Part shown: in pieces, positions 63,941-64,000 of the stretch
Layout: every line of letters starts with the position of its first letter
How positions within the stretch are numbered: position 1 is the stretch's first letter
Assembly: GCA_038874115.1 (NCBI GenBank)
Contig: JAVZDC010000002.1
Location: forward strand, 39,185 to 103,184
Direction: 5' to 3'
Source of the DNA: an archaeon
Lineage (GTDB): Archaea; B1Sed10-29; JAVZDC01
DNA length: 64,000 bases
Position numbers and translations under genes: made by a program
Notes under the pieces: model-generated
Told to the model about the DNA's origin: nothing
The model's database searches: none
What the model saw: the letters and a program-made list of their open reading frames with translations, nothing else

Positions 63941-64000
63941 TTATTCCACCTTCTCTAAAACAACAAAAGCTTTCGTCTTACTTATTTTTCTACATTCTCC
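63941..64000 (-). CDS. rps17: 30S ribosomal protein S17, C-terminal fragment (runs off the window)
   Basis: The last 19 codons read GECRKISKTKAFVVLEKVE then TAA, immediately followed by the rpl14 ATG. Confidence 0.75.
   Translation of the reverse strand, partial: GECRKISKTKAFVVLEKVE

Noticed and set aside
1-64000. CRISPR arrays, IS elements, rRNA genes, defence systems.
   Set aside because: I noticed no spaced direct-repeat arrays, no transposase, integrase or Cas-like ORFs, and no long GC-rich non-coding stretch other than the four tRNAs. Nearly every ORF over 100 aa has a housekeeping assignment or is a membrane/surface orphan.

Overview
AT-rich, very gene-dense archaeal chromosome segment. 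Archaeal hallmarks are PolD DP1/DP2, Orc1/Cdc6, aIF2-gamma, aIF5B, aCPSF1/FttA, Rpo3/Rpo7/Rpo10, Spt4, L7Ae and many e-type ribosomal proteins. Short proteins, eroded conserved clusters and many orphan membrane/surface proteins suggest a reduced-genome (DPANN-like) archaeon; that is a guess I cannot prove from this window. I call about 86 CDS and 4 tRNAs (Gln-UUG, Pro-AGG, Leu-GAG, Ser-UGA). I see no rRNA, CRISPR array, transposase or integrase. From about 25.6 kb to the end every gene but one lies on the minus strand. This stretch holds the spc-type operon (S17 partial ... L15-SecY), the S13-S4-S11-RpoD-L18e-L13-S9-RpoN block, L7Ae-S28e-L24e, aIF5B-S6e-aIF2gamma-PIN-Rpo7-Spt4-DPCK-S24e-S27ae, Kae1, a class III RNR operon, Bud32, an ABC exporter, and S15-S3Ae-DUF92-CarS. 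The first 25 kb is mixed-strand: Taw1, a 1002-aa surface protein, Fap7, aCPSF1-PsmB, FKBP, NAC, Cdc6, SepF, PolD, ArcTGT, SecDF and TrmI. Genes are mostly linked by 0-10 nt gaps or ATGA/GTGA overlaps, with a recurrent GGTGA Shine-Dalgarno (SD) placed 4-7 nt (mostly 5-6) before the start. About a dozen ORF-track starts are GTG/TTG codons lying inside that SD, and I re-called them. I added three small genes the track missed: S27ae, S14 and a 46-aa zinc-ribbon protein. No obvious mobile or defence system is present. The most interesting signals are listed here. (1) A textbook kink-turn covering the SD of rpl7ae. (2) aIF2-gamma has no canonical start codon and is in frame with rps6e across a single TAA. 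(3) tRNA-Pro has an A34 anticodon. (4) All four tRNAs begin 0-6 nt after the stop codon of the upstream gene. (5) CarS is translationally coupled to a DUF92 (VTE6-like) protein. (6) SepF is followed by an orphan tail-anchored partner. (7) A lone plus-strand HExxH orphan sits behind the largest non-coding gap. All calls rest on reading motifs by eye; no database search was run.
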